Below are positions 12,102 through 23,894 of a DNA stretch of 62,695 nucleotides, piece by piece (the stretch's first letter is position 1; the number at the start of each line of letters is the position of its first letter). Below the pieces are notes generated by a model. That model saw nothing but the letters and a program-made list of their open reading frames with translations. It did no database searches and was not told the origin of the DNA. The DNA is from Chiloscyllium plagiosum (lineage: Eukaryota). A program made the position numbers and the translations under genes. The stretch is from NCBI RefSeq assembly GCF_004010195.1, contig NC_057719.1, positions 32,239,028-32,301,722 on the forward strand. The letters are read 5' to 3'.

Positions 12102-12483
12102 NNNNNNNNNNNNNNNNNNNNNNNNNNNNNNNNNNNNNNNNNNNNNNNNNNNNNNNNNNNNNNNNNNNNNNNNNNNNNNNNNNNNNNNNNNNNNNNNNNN
12201 NNNNNNNNNNNNNNNNNNNNNNNNNNNNNNNNNNNNNNNNNNNNNNNNNNNNNNNNNNNNNNNNNNNNNNNNNNNNNNNNNNNNNNNNNNNNNNNNNNNN
12301 NNNNNNNNNNNNNNNNNNNNNNNNNNNNNNNNNNNNNNNNNNNNNNNNNNNNNNNNNNNNNNNNNNNNNNNNNNNNNNNNNNNNNNNNNNNNNNNNNNNN
12401 NNNNNNNNNNNNNNNNNNNNNNNNNNNNNNNNNNNNNNNNNNNNNNNNNNNNNNNNNNNNNNNNNNNNNNNNNNNNNNNNNNN
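12102..12483. other. Assembly gap (382 N)
   Basis: Run of N. Confidence 1.
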
Positions 12484-12957
12484 GGGGGGCATCGTCGACC
12501 ACGTCGGGGGGGGGAAATTGCGGTCCTTGAAGAAGGAGGCCATCTGGGATGTGCGTGTTTGGAACTGGTCCTCCTGGGAGCAGATGCGGCGGAGTCGAAG
12601 GAATTGGGAGAATGGGATGGCGTTTTTGCAGGGGGCAGGATGGGAGGAGGTGTAGTCCAGGTAGCTGTGGGAGTCGGTCGGTTTGTAGTAGATGTCCGTG
12701 TTGATTCGGTCGCCTGAGATGGAAATAGAAAGGTCGAGGAAGGGGAGGGAGGAATCTGAGACTGTCCAGGTGAATTAGTATTTGTATTCCCATTTTCAAT
12801 TTATATTCTCTGCCTAATGCAGTTTTGATAGTTCTGCTCTGACTCATTTTTTTTGTGTTTCTTTTACATTCCTTTATCTTTGAAGAGAGATATTTTGTGT
12901 CTCAGAACTGTTGGACAATTGGTTGCTTGACAAGATAATTCACACTTGCCTTTCAAG

Positions 12958-13047
12958 CGGGACTAGATTTGGTTGGGATATTTGGTCGGCATGAACGAAT
13001 TGGACCAAAGGGTCTATTTCCGTGCTGTACATCTCTATGACTCTATA
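12958..13047 (+). mobile_element. CR1 3' tail
   Basis: gactagatt..ggaccaaagggtctatttccgtgctgtacatctctatgactctat, the same tail as at 38130-38217. Confidence 0.8.
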
Positions 13048-13149
13048 ACTCATAGGTTGTTCTGGGATTGGCAATCCCCTCGCTATTTGGTGGTGCATGA
13101 AAATTCAGCACTACAATACAAAAATCCTGCTTTGTTGCTTGACACTTGG

Positions 13150-13325
13150 CATTCCTAGCTACCTTCCCCCCAATCCTACCCTCCCATTCATCTCAGCCCT
13201 CTTGGTACCCCCCCCCCCCCCCCATCCCAACATTCCTGATGAAGACATTATGCTCGAAACATCGACTCTCCTGCTCCTCGGATGCTGCCTGACTGGCTAT
13301 GATTTTCCAGCGCCACATTTTTTGG
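13150..13325 (+). mobile_element. PLE terminal fragment (family A) with degenerate HHR
   Basis: CTGATGA at 13236-13242 and GAAAC at 13256-13260; stem II mutated; typical downstream arm. Confidence 0.8.
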
Positions 13326-13760
13326 CTTGGTCACTGATTTACAAACTTCTGACTTAAAAATATTCATACTAATGAATGTGATCCTATTACAAAGGTGTAA
13401 TTTTAAAGATCCCACATATGAACAATTTCTACATGTAGGAGCAGCTGCTCTCTCTTGCCCTGTCTGACTCACATACAAAAAGACATGTGAACCGATTCCA
13501 CAATGGAACCTGTTTGCAACCCAGAGACTGCCTGTTTCTTGAAATAGTCTCAAAATTAGTGGTCATTGTGTCACATGGTCAGTTTTAGAGGAGTAATCTG
13601 TCATGAGGACATTTTTCTCCCTATGCACTGTGAATGCGTTTGTTGCTACTTTCATCCAAGAAATATGTTGAACATTATGTAGATGCACAGGCTTACTCCA
13701 CTGCTGAGGCTGGTACAATATCCAGATTCTTATCTTTGTTCATTACATGGACTCACTTAC

Positions 13761-13858
13761 ACAAACACAGGGAATACTGGACAAACCCAGCAGGTTTGGC
13801 AACATCTGTGAAGAGAGAAACAGAGTTAACATTTCGGTTTCGGTGCAACCCTTCTTCA
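13761..13858 (-). mobile_element. PLE terminal fragment (family B), degenerate HHR
   Basis: Similar to 15203-15330, 21467-21560 and 61740-61835; reverse complement contains tgaagaa..cgaaatgttaac. Confidence 0.6.
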
Positions 13859-13954
13859 ATTCAAGTCCTGCTATTCTCTATGTCTTCGCAACAGTTAAAG
13901 ATTTTATAAAATTTAAAAATATACAGAATTCTACAAATTATACAGCTCTCAAAG

Positions 13955-14745
13955 ACATAGTAATAGAGTTATACAGCTCAGAAACAGACCCTTCAGTCCA
14001 ACTAGTCCATGCTGACCAAATTTCCTAAATTGATCTCAACCCATTTGCCAGCATTTGGCCCTTTTCCCTCTAAACCTTTCTTTTTCATGTACCCATCCAG
14101 ACACCTTTTAAATGTTGTAATTGTACCCACCTCTGGCAGCTCATTTCAACACTTGCCAACCTCTGCATGACGATTTAAATCTTTCACCTCTCTTAAACCT
14201 ATTCAATCTAGTTTTGGACACCCTTACCTTGGGAAAAAGATCTTGGCTATTCACCCTACGCATGCCCCTCATGATGTTATAAACATCTATAAGATTATCC
14301 CTCAGCCTCCCAGGGAAAATAGCTCCAGCCTATTAAGCATCTCTCTTTGGCTCAAACCCGCCAATCCCAGCAACATCCTTGTAAATCTTTTCTGAACCAT
14401 TTTAAGTTTAACAAAATGTTTCCTATAGCAGGGAGACCAAAATTGAATGCAGTCTTCCAAAAGTGGCATAAACAATGTCCTATACAGCTGCAACATGACC
14501 TCTCAACTCCTATACTCAATGCACTGACCAATGAAGGCCTTCTTCACTACCCTGTCTATCTACAACTCCACTTTCAAGGAACTATTCACTGTATCCCTGG
14601 GTCTCTTGGTTCTCCCATTCACAGGGCCTTCCAATTAATTATATAATTCCTGCAGTGGTTTACCTTACCAAAATGAAACACCTCATATTTAGCTAAATTA
14701 AACTCCGTCTGCCATTCCTTGGTCCACTGGCTCACCTGATCAACA
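13955..14745 (-). mobile_element. CR1 LINE 3' portion, decayed
   Basis: MLQLYRTLFMPLLEDCIQFWSP..VQKRFTRML (ORF 14302-14496) plus CR1 tail. Confidence 0.9.
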
Positions 14746-14750
14746 TCACA

Positions 14751-15725
14751 TGTCATCAGAAATCATGGACCAGGTTTTGGTACTTAACATGACAGACTAT
14801 TTATTACAACTAAATGGATTATAACTATAAGTAAACAATTTTAAACTATTGACATACAACTCTATTGGTTAATACTCTAACCATCTTCTAAGCTGCCCCG
14901 ACCCCCACCTCTACACATATACACATGTACAGACAGACATAGACAGAAAGAAAGCCCTTCATGTGATAGATAGATGGGAAGACTAGGGTGGCAGTTCAAT
15001 GAACCGTGTTCACAGGGCTTGCTGAGATACTCCTTGTTAGGATGTCTTGTTCCTTAATTCTCCTTCTCCAAATAATTTCACTTGCTTGCAGGAAGTACAA
15101 GGTTCACATTTATAAAGTCTCTAGCTTACTGGCTAAAAACCATCACACAACAATTGATTAGGGAAAAACACACTGGCTTTCTTCAGCCTTAAATTAAAAA
15201 AGGAAACTGCAGGTGCTAGAGATTGAACCCAAAAAAAAACTAAAGTGCAGAAGAAATCCTGCAGGTCTGGCAGAATATGCGGAGAGATAAACAAAGTTAT
15301 CGTTTCGAGTCTAGCGACGTTTCTTCAAGGTTATTGTTTTAACTGTAGAGAAAAGAGACAGCTCCTTCCCCTGTGAGATCTGATGGTTTCTCCCAAATAT
15401 TCACACCCACAAGCTACCTGGGAGACAATCACATAGTTGTAGGAATACAGAAGATAATTGGTCACTAGTCCACCGACTAATCAACTACATGTTGCCAGCC
15501 GAGGCTTCATTCTTACATGGCTCCCCTACTCCATTTTGTCTGTAACTTGGCTTCCACTACTGAACGAACATGCAGCTATGAAATAGCACTTGCAATGAGT
15601 GACCAGTTATGTGCTTTTATAAAGTATGACAATTCTTCAACAACCCTTGATTTTTAAATTATTCCTTTTCTAATTTCAGTTCACAATCAAAAATACAGAA
15701 AAATAAATAAATACTGTCTTTATAC
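14751..15725. mobile_element. Probable LTR-like repeat, boundaries uncertain
   Basis: Starts TGTCA, non-coding, reverse polyA-like tttatt near the start as in the LTRs at 47802 and 50617. No clear TSD. Confidence 0.3.
15203..15330 (-). mobile_element. PLE terminal fragment (family B) with HHR remnant
   Basis: Reverse complement ttgaagaaacgtcgctagactcgaaacgataac. Confidence 0.65.
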
Positions 15726-16639
15726 CTCGTACTTCATACCCTAGTCAAGGTAGCAAATGCCACAAGGTGTGAAGGATGGTCACCTGGGAAAATACCACAG
15801 GAAATTCCATGTACTTTTGACTCTCAACATAACTATGTCTCACCCATTCTTGGTAAGAATTTGATAAATGTAGTCTTCTGCACCCTTTTCTACCTGGCCA
15901 CATTTCCTAAAATGTAATGTTCAAAGAAGATACAAATTGATTTGTAATGTTTTATATTGTTTCTTAGCTTTTATACTTGAGAAAGCCTAGTATCCCATTC
16001 GTGTTCTTAACAGCTTTCTCAACCAGTTTCAAAGATTTATGTTTAAGAACAACCTGGATCACCAGTAAAATTGTTCTATTTAGGTTACGTTGCCTCTCCA
16101 TCATTCTTGCTTTCAAACTCCCTCACTTCATTTATTTGCACCTACAGTGTCCACCAGTTTCACCAATTCTCCAGAGGTTGGTTCCGATCTTCCACACTGT
16201 TTATCAAACTTCCAAGGATTCTATCATCCTCAGACTTTGAAATTGTGCCATGAATTCTCGCATTTATATTATTAACATACGTCAAAATATCCGTTTGTCA
16301 TTATAGCATTGTATATTTTCCTCTAGTCTGTAAAAGAATCATTTATCACAACTCTTTGATGGGTGTCCTTGATCCATTGAAGGTAATATCCACCAGAAAG
16401 AACAGCAATTATTGTAATTTTGCTAAATGCATCTCATCCTATCACTTGTTTGATCTTTTCCACAAAATTGGCATCATCAGATTCTTCCGTTCTTCATCTC
16501 CACATAGAAGTTGATTTTCCGCTAATTTTTGTTTTGGCAAAATCTAATACCTAACACTTCCCTCTGCCAACAGGATAATTTGTCGTATTTTTATAACATA
16601 AGCAATTGGATGAGTTATCTGATGTTGTGAATCTTGTTC

Positions 16640-17300
16640 AACAACAGCATCTTATATTTACATAGCACCTTTAATGTCACAAAAAAGCCAAGGCACTTTA
16701 CAAAAGCATTATAAAACAAAATATACCACCTAGTCACAAAATGAGGTATTAGGTCAAATAACTAAAGGTTTGGTAAAGGAAATAGGTTTTAAAGAATGTC
16801 TTGGAAGATAGAAGTAATGTGGCCAGACTGAGAGGTGTAATGAGGGAATGTCAGTGTTTAGGTTTTCAGAAACTGAAGTCATGTTTATCAAAGGTGGAGA
16901 AATTAAAATTGGGGTTGCTACAAAGGGCTGAATCAGATAAGCACTGATATCTTGTAGGGCTGGGGCTGGGCTCGATGGGATGATAAATATAGCAAGGGAT
17001 GAGGAGATGGAAGAATTTGAAAAGAAGTTTGAAAGTTCTGAAATTAAGAACTTATTTGATGGGAAGCCAGTCTGGGTCAGTGAGCACAGGGATGGCAGTG
17101 GAATGGGACTTGCTAAGAGTTCAGAGACAAGCTCCAACACTTCGGATGACCTCAAGTTTGCAAAGTGACATATGTGGAAAACCAGCCAGGATTTGTTGGA
17201 ATAGTCAAATTAAAAACTACGGGATATATGTGCTTTGGCGTATAATTTTGGCCAATAGACAACAACTTGACCTAAAAGGTTGCTGCTTACTGGAACGTTA
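16640..17300 (-). mobile_element. Old L2-like LINE 3' fragment
   Basis: L2-type tail atttacatagcacctttaatg..aaggcactttaca followed by decayed purine-rich antisense RT-like sequence. Confidence 0.55.
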
Positions 17301-18283
17301 TGTAGACTGCACTTGGCCAACTGGCTAATCCTGCGTGTTACAGGTTTAAATGTGAAAGAAAGGTTCTTCCTCTGCATTGAAAATCTATGACTCAATGCTT
17401 CAACACACTAGTTCAATCCTGGCACAAGCAAAATTTAAACTATATGAAATTATTTCTAGGTGCAGGTTCTAGCAAAAGGTGGTCAGGCAATGCATACAAT
17501 GCAAATATTACCTACTGAGAACACTTTTTCAGATTTAATTGGTTGAATTTATTACATGCAAATGGAACTTATAAATTTCTTTTATAATGAGTAGATATAA
17601 AACATTAATATTTCACAGTTTGAAAAGCATATTAGGCGGAAGCGATGCAGCAGAATGATCACGAAAAAAATCCTAAATGATTCTCTTCACTAAATTTATT
17701 CACAATATTAATGTGGTAGCATAACTGACTAATAGAATGGTTAATGAAATTTTCTTAATTTGATAGAGGTAAATAAATCATGAAAGTTGTGATTTGACAG
17801 GAGGAGATGTGATACTGAAATGAACACCTACAAAAAATACCAGCTTACTGTCGGGGATGAAGTCCTGACACTGCATAGCCATGCAGGCTGAGGAAAAACA
17901 ACAACTACAGTATTGTTAGGGCTGTTCAATTAATGAGTGAGAGCCATGTTAGCCTGCCAATGAGACAACATTGGCAGGAGGTATTTCCCAGGTCATGCTA
18001 GGCTGGTGCCATACCTAAAAGGCTATTGCCTTAAAGACATGACTCCCAACCTAAACTAAGAGGGTGCTCTGCTAACTGCAGAAATTTGGAAATGTGTGGT
18101 TAGGTAGCTAGCACAGGAAATGTTTACAATATGGTTAAGAGTTAACAATCAAGCATGCTGGGAATTTACGTCAAACTACTTTAAACTCTAACCTTAGTTA
18201 AAACTGCTGTTTCTGGTGCTGACCAAGTAAGGCAAGTGACACAGAGCCTCTCGACAGACTGATGCCATATCACCTTATATTGA

Positions 18284-18575
18284 TGTGGAGGTGCCAGCAT
18301 TGGACTGGGGTGTACAAAGTTAAAAATCACAAAACACCAGGTTATAGTCCAACAGGTTTATTTGGAAGCACTAGCTTTCAGAGTGCTGCTCCTTCATTAG
18401 GTAGTTGTCAAACACACTGTGTCATTAACTTAAGTTTGGTTTGAATCAAATACTGCCTGGATTCAAGTAAAGTTGTCAGAACTACCTGATGAAGGAGCAG
18501 TGCTCCGAAAGCTAGTGCTTCCAAATAAATCTGTTGGACTATAACCTGGTGTTGTGTGATTTTTAACTTTGTACT
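18284..18575. mobile_element. PLE family C inverted-arm insertion with ~70-bp captured spacer
   Basis: Arms 18284-18406 (-) and 18480-18574 (+) are inverted copies. TSD ttatattga at 18275-18283 and 18576-18584. Confidence 0.9.
18483..18517 (+). ncRNA. Minimal type-I hammerhead ribozyme (family C)
   Basis: uac-CUGAUGA-a-GGAGC-agu-GCUCC-GAAA-g-CUA-gug: intact core, 5-bp stem II, palindromic AGCU mini stem III. Confidence 0.75.
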
Positions 18576-20363
18576 TTATATTGAGCATGAAATGTGGCTC
18601 TTTAACATTTGGGAATTTTTTATCTAGTAAAGTTCCATTGACTGGAATCAAACAGTCTGATCAAGCTTTGATCAATTCATTGGCTGAATGCCAGACAACT
18701 TTCTGGAAACTGAACATATTTTTGAGATAACAGTTAGCAGAACAAAGAGTCTTTGTGAGAAGCCTGTGTGAACATATTTGAGAAGCACGTGCCCTGAAGT
18801 GATCTTCAGAGAAGATCTGAGGTGAGACCTACGCAAAGTTGATGATTTTACTTGAATTCGGGCAGTATTTGTTTCAAGTCAAACTTAATTAAGTGACACA
18901 GTGTGCTCTATGAAGGTGAGAATAATGCATAACCTTAAGTCGTAATCCTAAATGTGACAAAAGATTAATTTAGATTTGGAAAAGCTTTCACATCCAGTCA
19001 GGGTCAATAACGAGATGGCAACATGTGCTGCTAGCTCTCTTAGCCTCTCTTTGGTGGACACTATTTGCACAGAATTCACAATGGTCAGAACTTAATTGCT
19101 ACATGGAGTCGAAATTGTTGTGGCACATAATGGACACTCAGGCTGCCACCAACATAGGTTCAGTATTTGTTAATGATGGGTGAAGGATAATTATTCATGT
19201 ACTTGAAGAAGAAAAGAACTCAGACCATCAGAATAAGTGGTTAATCATTCAGGACTGAGATAATGAGAAACCTCTTCTGCCAAACAATTGTGAATCTTAG
19301 AAATTCTCTACATAGTGGAATATAGATGCTCCATTGTTGAGTATATTGAAGACTGTGATTGGATCGCTCATGCAATCAAGATTTTTTTGGTGAGTTGGTG
19401 GGATTGTGAAGTTGAGGGAGAAGACCAGCTATGACTGTACTGAATGGATCTGGATCGTCATATAGTCTATTTCTGTTTTAATGTTAAGTGTTTTTGTGAT
19501 TAATTTTTATATCCATTTGTATGGTTGATATTTAGCCTCTTCCCACTGTAAAAACAGATATGCAGCATTCATGTATCAAGTTTGTCCTTCCCTGATTTCC
19601 ATCTCATATGTGCTTTCAACATATTTATGAAAATTAGTTCTGTATCTTTTCTGTACCTTAATCTTCTGATGCAGTAGTGACTTAGATACAAAGTTTTTTT
19701 CAGTATCCTATTTGAAGCAATTATTTGCATAACATGGAATATTAAGTGTTCAACCTTACCCAAAGTCACAAATGAGATCATTTATCATATCATACTTATG
19801 AGTCTGGACAGGTTAGTATGGTGAAAGTCAATAATAAATATTCACAGCGACTGCTTTTTCCAACATACCAGTCTAACTGTGGCAATTAATGCTGTTACTG
19901 AAGTTTTACTACCTTTTAATGCTGAGAGTAGCATAAATCAATGTAGTGATGGCAATGTAGTGCTGTGAAGCACAATTAATTTCCCTAATGCTTTCAGCAA
20001 GTCAGCCTTGCTCCAAATCCCAGACTATAAATAGAATCATGTCCTTGTTTTGCCTGAAATTGATTTTTCTTTCAACCATTCCCAGTCATCTTGGATGACA
20101 ACAGATCTTCACCTTGTTTCCAACTTATTCTTTGTCAATTTTCTGATCCTGGTGATATTAGAGTGTGTTCTCAGACTTGATGTCTCTAATCGTCCCAACT
20201 CCTTTCTTTCCACCAATGTTGACCTGACACGTGCATGCTTGCAGTCCTTCCCCTCTCAGACCAATTGGAGGATGAAAGTGAGGTCTGCAGATGCTGGAGA
20301 TCAAAGTTGAAACTTTATTGCTGGAACAGCACAGCAGGTCAGGCAGCATCCAGGGAACAGGAG

Positions 20364-20399
20364 ATTCGACGTTTCGGGCACAGGCCCTTCTTCAGGAAT
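20364..20399 (-). ncRNA. Minimal type-I hammerhead ribozyme (family A)
   Basis: Exact reverse complement of 21937-21972. Confidence 0.85.
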
Positions 20400-20545
20400 G
20401 AGCAGAGAGTGTTCAGCAGGAGAAGATAAAAGGTAGGGAGGAGGGACTTGGAGGAGGGGCGTTGGAAATGTGATAGGTGGAAAGAGGTCAAGGTGAGGGT
20501 GATAGGTCGGAGTAGGATGGAGGCGGAGAGGTCAAGAAGAAGACT

Positions 20546-21466
20546 ACTGCTGTTTGTCATTTTTATACATGACCTGGATGATGGCGTAGAAGGATGGGTT
20601 AGTAAATTTACAAATGACTCTAAGGTCGGTCGAGCTGTGGACAGTGCTGAAGGATATTGCTGCTTACAGAGGGACATAGATAAGCTGCAGAGTTGGGCTG
20701 AAAGGTGGCAAATGGAGTTTAATGCAGAAAAGTGTGAGGTGATTCATTTTGGAAGAAGTAACAGTAATACAGAGTACTGGGGTAATGGTAAGGTTCTTGC
20801 AGTGTGGATGAGCAGAAAGATCTCCGTGTCCATGTACATAGATCCCTGAAAGTTGCCACCCAGGTTAATAGGATTGTTAAGAAGGCATATGAACCATGGG
20901 GTTATGTTGCAGCTGTAGGAAACTATGGTGTGGCCGCACTTGGAGTATTGCGTACAGTTCTGGTTACCACATTATAGGAAGGATGTGTAAGTTTTGGAAA
21001 AGATGCAGAGGAGATTTATGAGGATATTGTCTGGTATGGAAGGAAGGTCTTCTGAGGAAAGACTGAGTGACCTGAGGCTGTTTTCGTTAGAAGGAAGAGG
21101 TTGAGAGGTGACTTAATAGAGATGTGAAAGATGATCAGAGGATTAGATAGTGTTAGCAGAGAGAGACGTTTTCCTCGGATAGTGATGGCTAGCATGAGAG
21201 GACATAGCTTTAAATTGAGCGGTGATAGATATAGGACAGATGTCAGAGGGGTAGTTTCTTTACTCAGAGAGTAGTAATGGCGTGAAACTCCCTGCCTGCA
21301 ACTGTAGTAGACTCACCGACTTTAATGTCTTTTTAAATGGCCATTGGATAAACATATGGATGATAATGCAACAATGCAGGTTAGTTCAGCTTCAGGCTGG
21401 TTTCACAGGTCAGCACAACATTGAGGGTCAGAGAGCCTGGACTGTGCTGTAATGTTCTGTGTTCTT
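20546..21466 (+). mobile_element. Decayed CR1 RT 3' portion (cargo inside the composite)
   Basis: LLFVIFIHDLD..SKFTNDSKVG..LQRDIDKLQSWAERWQMEFNAEKCEVIHFG, with frameshifts and a deletion. Tail at about 21450-21466. Confidence 0.9.
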
Positions 21467-21560
21467 TGAAAGCAAGATAATATTTCGAGTCTGGCGATTC
21501 TTCATCAGAACTGTTAACAGCTCAGGAAAGGTGGTAATATATTGAAGTGACGTTTGTGGG
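21467..21560 (-). mobile_element. PLE family B terminal fragment with HHR (cargo)
   Basis: Reverse complement ttctgatgaagaatcgccagactcgaaatattatc. Confidence 0.65.
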
Positions 21561-21599
21561 AAGGGGTTGGTCTTGCACAAGGTGACTTACTTGCCGATT

Positions 21600-21913
21600 T
21601 ACTTCCTCCAACCTCAGTATCCAAGGCCTCAGGCACACCTTCCAGGTGAAGCAGCAGCTTACCTGCACTTCTCTCAACTCATTTATTTCATTCACTGCTC
21701 AGAATGTGGTCTCCTGTATATCGGGGGAGATGAAACACAGATTTGATGACCGCTTTGCTGAACACCTACACTCTGTCTGTAAAACATGACCCAGAGTTTC
21801 CCACTGCCTCCACTTCAACACACCACTGTGTTCCTACACCAACATTTCTGTCCCAGATCTGTTGCAGTGTTCCTTAACGCAAGTTCAAAGAACAACACTT
21901 CATTTTCCACTTG
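21600..21913 (+). mobile_element. Decayed Penelope GIY-YIG endonuclease fragment (cargo)
   Basis: Frameshifted FQVKQQLTCTSLN..IYFIHCSECGLLYIG-EMKHRFDDRFAEHLHSV..EQHFIFHL. Confidence 0.8.
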
Positions 21914-21936
21914 CTCCTGCTGAACACTCTCTGCTC

Positions 21937-21972
21937 ATTCCTGAAGAAGGGCCTGTGCCCGAAACGTCGAAT
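21937..21972 (+). ncRNA. Minimal type-I hammerhead ribozyme (family A)
   Basis: AUUC-CUGAAGA-A-GGGC-cugu-GCCC-GAAA-C-GUC-GAAU: stem I AUUC/GAAU, stem II GGGC/GCCC, palindromic ACGU stem III. Predicted cleavage after C21968. Confidence 0.85.
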
Positions 21973-22084
21973 CTCCTGTTCCCTGGATGCTGCCTGACCT
22001 GCTGTGCTGTTCCAGCAATAAAGTTTCAACAATTGGAGGATGAACCAACTTCTCATTCGCTGATTTGATGATGTTTGGTTGTCA

Positions 22085-22160
22085 GTCATAGAGATGTACA
22101 GCACAGAAACTGAACCTTTGGTCCAACTTGTCTTTGCCAACCTGATATCCTAAATATATC
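22085..22160 (-). mobile_element. CR1 3' tail
   Basis: gtcatagagatgtacagcacagaaac.. is the reverse of the CR1 tail. Confidence 0.75.
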
Positions 22161-22857
22161 GAACAAACTTTATTCATATCTCTAATACTTTCATACTGAA
22201 TAGGTGAAAGTGCTCAAGAAAATGGAAATAGAAACCTCCCAAATTGTTTGGATGCTCTCTGATTTTTCATCCACATTGTTCACGACAATTTCCAGAGACG
22301 TGGAACAGTTCTGGAGGGTTGGCAAGACAACAATATCCTGTGACAGAGACTTTTTCTAAGCTGAACCTTACATGAATCTTCAAACCTCATGCCTCACAAG
22401 TAGCCCTGTTTTGTTTTTGCTAATTATTACTAATCTCTATTGCTTGTCCTTGTGTAAATGTAATGAATTCTCTTATTTGAATATTAAATTTTGATACAAC
22501 CTCATTTCTCCTGACTATCCAAACCTCTTCAACTCTATATATATACCAACTCACATCAGTTAATTGCACTTTATCAGAGAACAGCCAAAAGCAAAGTCAC
22601 CTCTAGACGAGTCCTCTGTTGGTCTATTTCATTTTACTAACCAAGTTGATGATTGACAGTACAGGGCGACGGTAGGGTTGAATGGGGGAATGATGAAGTA
22701 AGAGCAGTTTAGGGTTAACTATATCTGCAACTGTGATGATATCTAAAGGGTCTTCTGTGTGACATGCCAAGGCCAGTTAATCCCATAATCACTTCCTCCT
22801 AAATGTCACAGATGAAAATAGCTATCTGCGCCAGCAATTGAAACAAACAAATTATCT

Positions 22858-23468
22858 TAGAGTTATAGAATCATAGAGATGTATAGGAGGGAAACAGACC
22901 CATCAGTCCAACTCATCCATGCTGACCAGAAATCCCAACCTAATCTAGTTTCACTTGCCAGCACTTGGCCAATATCCTTCCAAACACTTCCTATTCGTAT
23001 ACCCATCCAGATACCTTTTAAATGTTGCAATTGTACCAGCCTCCACCACTTCCTCTGGCAGCTCATTCCATATGTGCACCACCTTCTGCGTGAAAAATTT
23101 GTCCCTTAGGTCTCTTTTATATCTTTCCCCTCTCACCCTAAACCTATGCCCTTTAGTTATGGACTCCCTCATCCCAGGGAAAATACTTTGTCTATTTATC
23201 CTATCCATGTCCCCATGATTTTATAAACCTCTATAAGGTCACTCTCAGTCTCTGACACTCCAGGGAAAACAGCCCCAGCCTGTTCAGCCTCTCCCTTTAG
23301 CTCAAATCCTCCAACCCTGGCAACATCCTTGTAAATCTTTTCTGTACCTTTTCAAGTTTCACAACATCCTTCCAATAGGAAGGAGACCAGAATTGCATGC
23401 AATATTCCAACAGTGGCCTAACCAATGTCCCGTACAGCTGCAACATGACCTCCCAACTCCTATACTCT
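22858..23468 (-). mobile_element. CR1 LINE 3' portion
   Basis: EYRSWEVMLQLYGTLVRPLLEYCMQFWSP.. and ..FFTQKVVHIWNELPEEVVEAGT, plus tail. Confidence 0.95.
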
Positions 23469-23871
23469 TCTTGAATCAACATTAGAATGAAAGACACCAT
23501 CCAAAAAAGAAGTGTTGTATTTGTCGATAAACTTTTCCAACTCCATTGCTTTATGTTAAATGGACCAAAAAACCAAATGAGAACATTATGATGGTTAGGT
23601 GAACCCAGAAGTAGATTTATGCCATATTTGCTTAAAAAAAAGCTAGATTGAATACTGACTCCACTACTAGGTGATGTGGTGCAAGCGCAAATCTGATTAA
23701 TTACAGTGCGTAATGTCAGGAAACATAATCATTAAGTGCAGAATTGCTGAGATAAGGGAAACAAAGCTAAGCTAAATGCAGTGGCCGTCAGAATGACTCC
23801 GAATGCAAATCTAATTGGAAACTGTATATGAATCGGAAAGGCCTCTTCCTGTCTATTTTCAACGTTTGCAG

Positions 23872-23894
23872 AAGTGTTACTGACTACGCGACAG
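23872..23894 (+). other. Candidate 23-nt microexon, host gene unknown
   Basis: ctcttcctgtctattttcaacgtttgcag|AAGTGTTACTGACTACGCGACAG|gtgagt: good acceptor, consensus donor, retained CpGs, context with no recognisable repeat. Confidence 0.35.

Larger units (their letters stand above)
11654..12773 (-). mobile_element. 5'-truncated Penelope-like element spanning the assembly gap
   Basis: HHR-bearing 3' end at 11654-11890 and RT-C-terminal coding sequence at 12484-12773 (SLPFLDLSIS..YYKPTDSHSYLDYTSSHP..IPFSQFLRLRRICS). Perfect 15-bp TSD attagtatttgtatt at 11639-11653 and 12774-12788. Confidence 0.9.
20277..22029. mobile_element. Composite PLE (family A) insertion: inverted HHR arms around 1.37 kb cargo
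   Basis: Identical 117-bp inverted arms at 20306-20422 and 21914-22030. Perfect TSD caattggaggatgaa at 20262-20276 and 22030-22044. Confidence 0.9.

Noticed and set aside
12007..12847. Long ORFs of 178-268 aa
   Set aside because: Artefacts of translation through the N gap.
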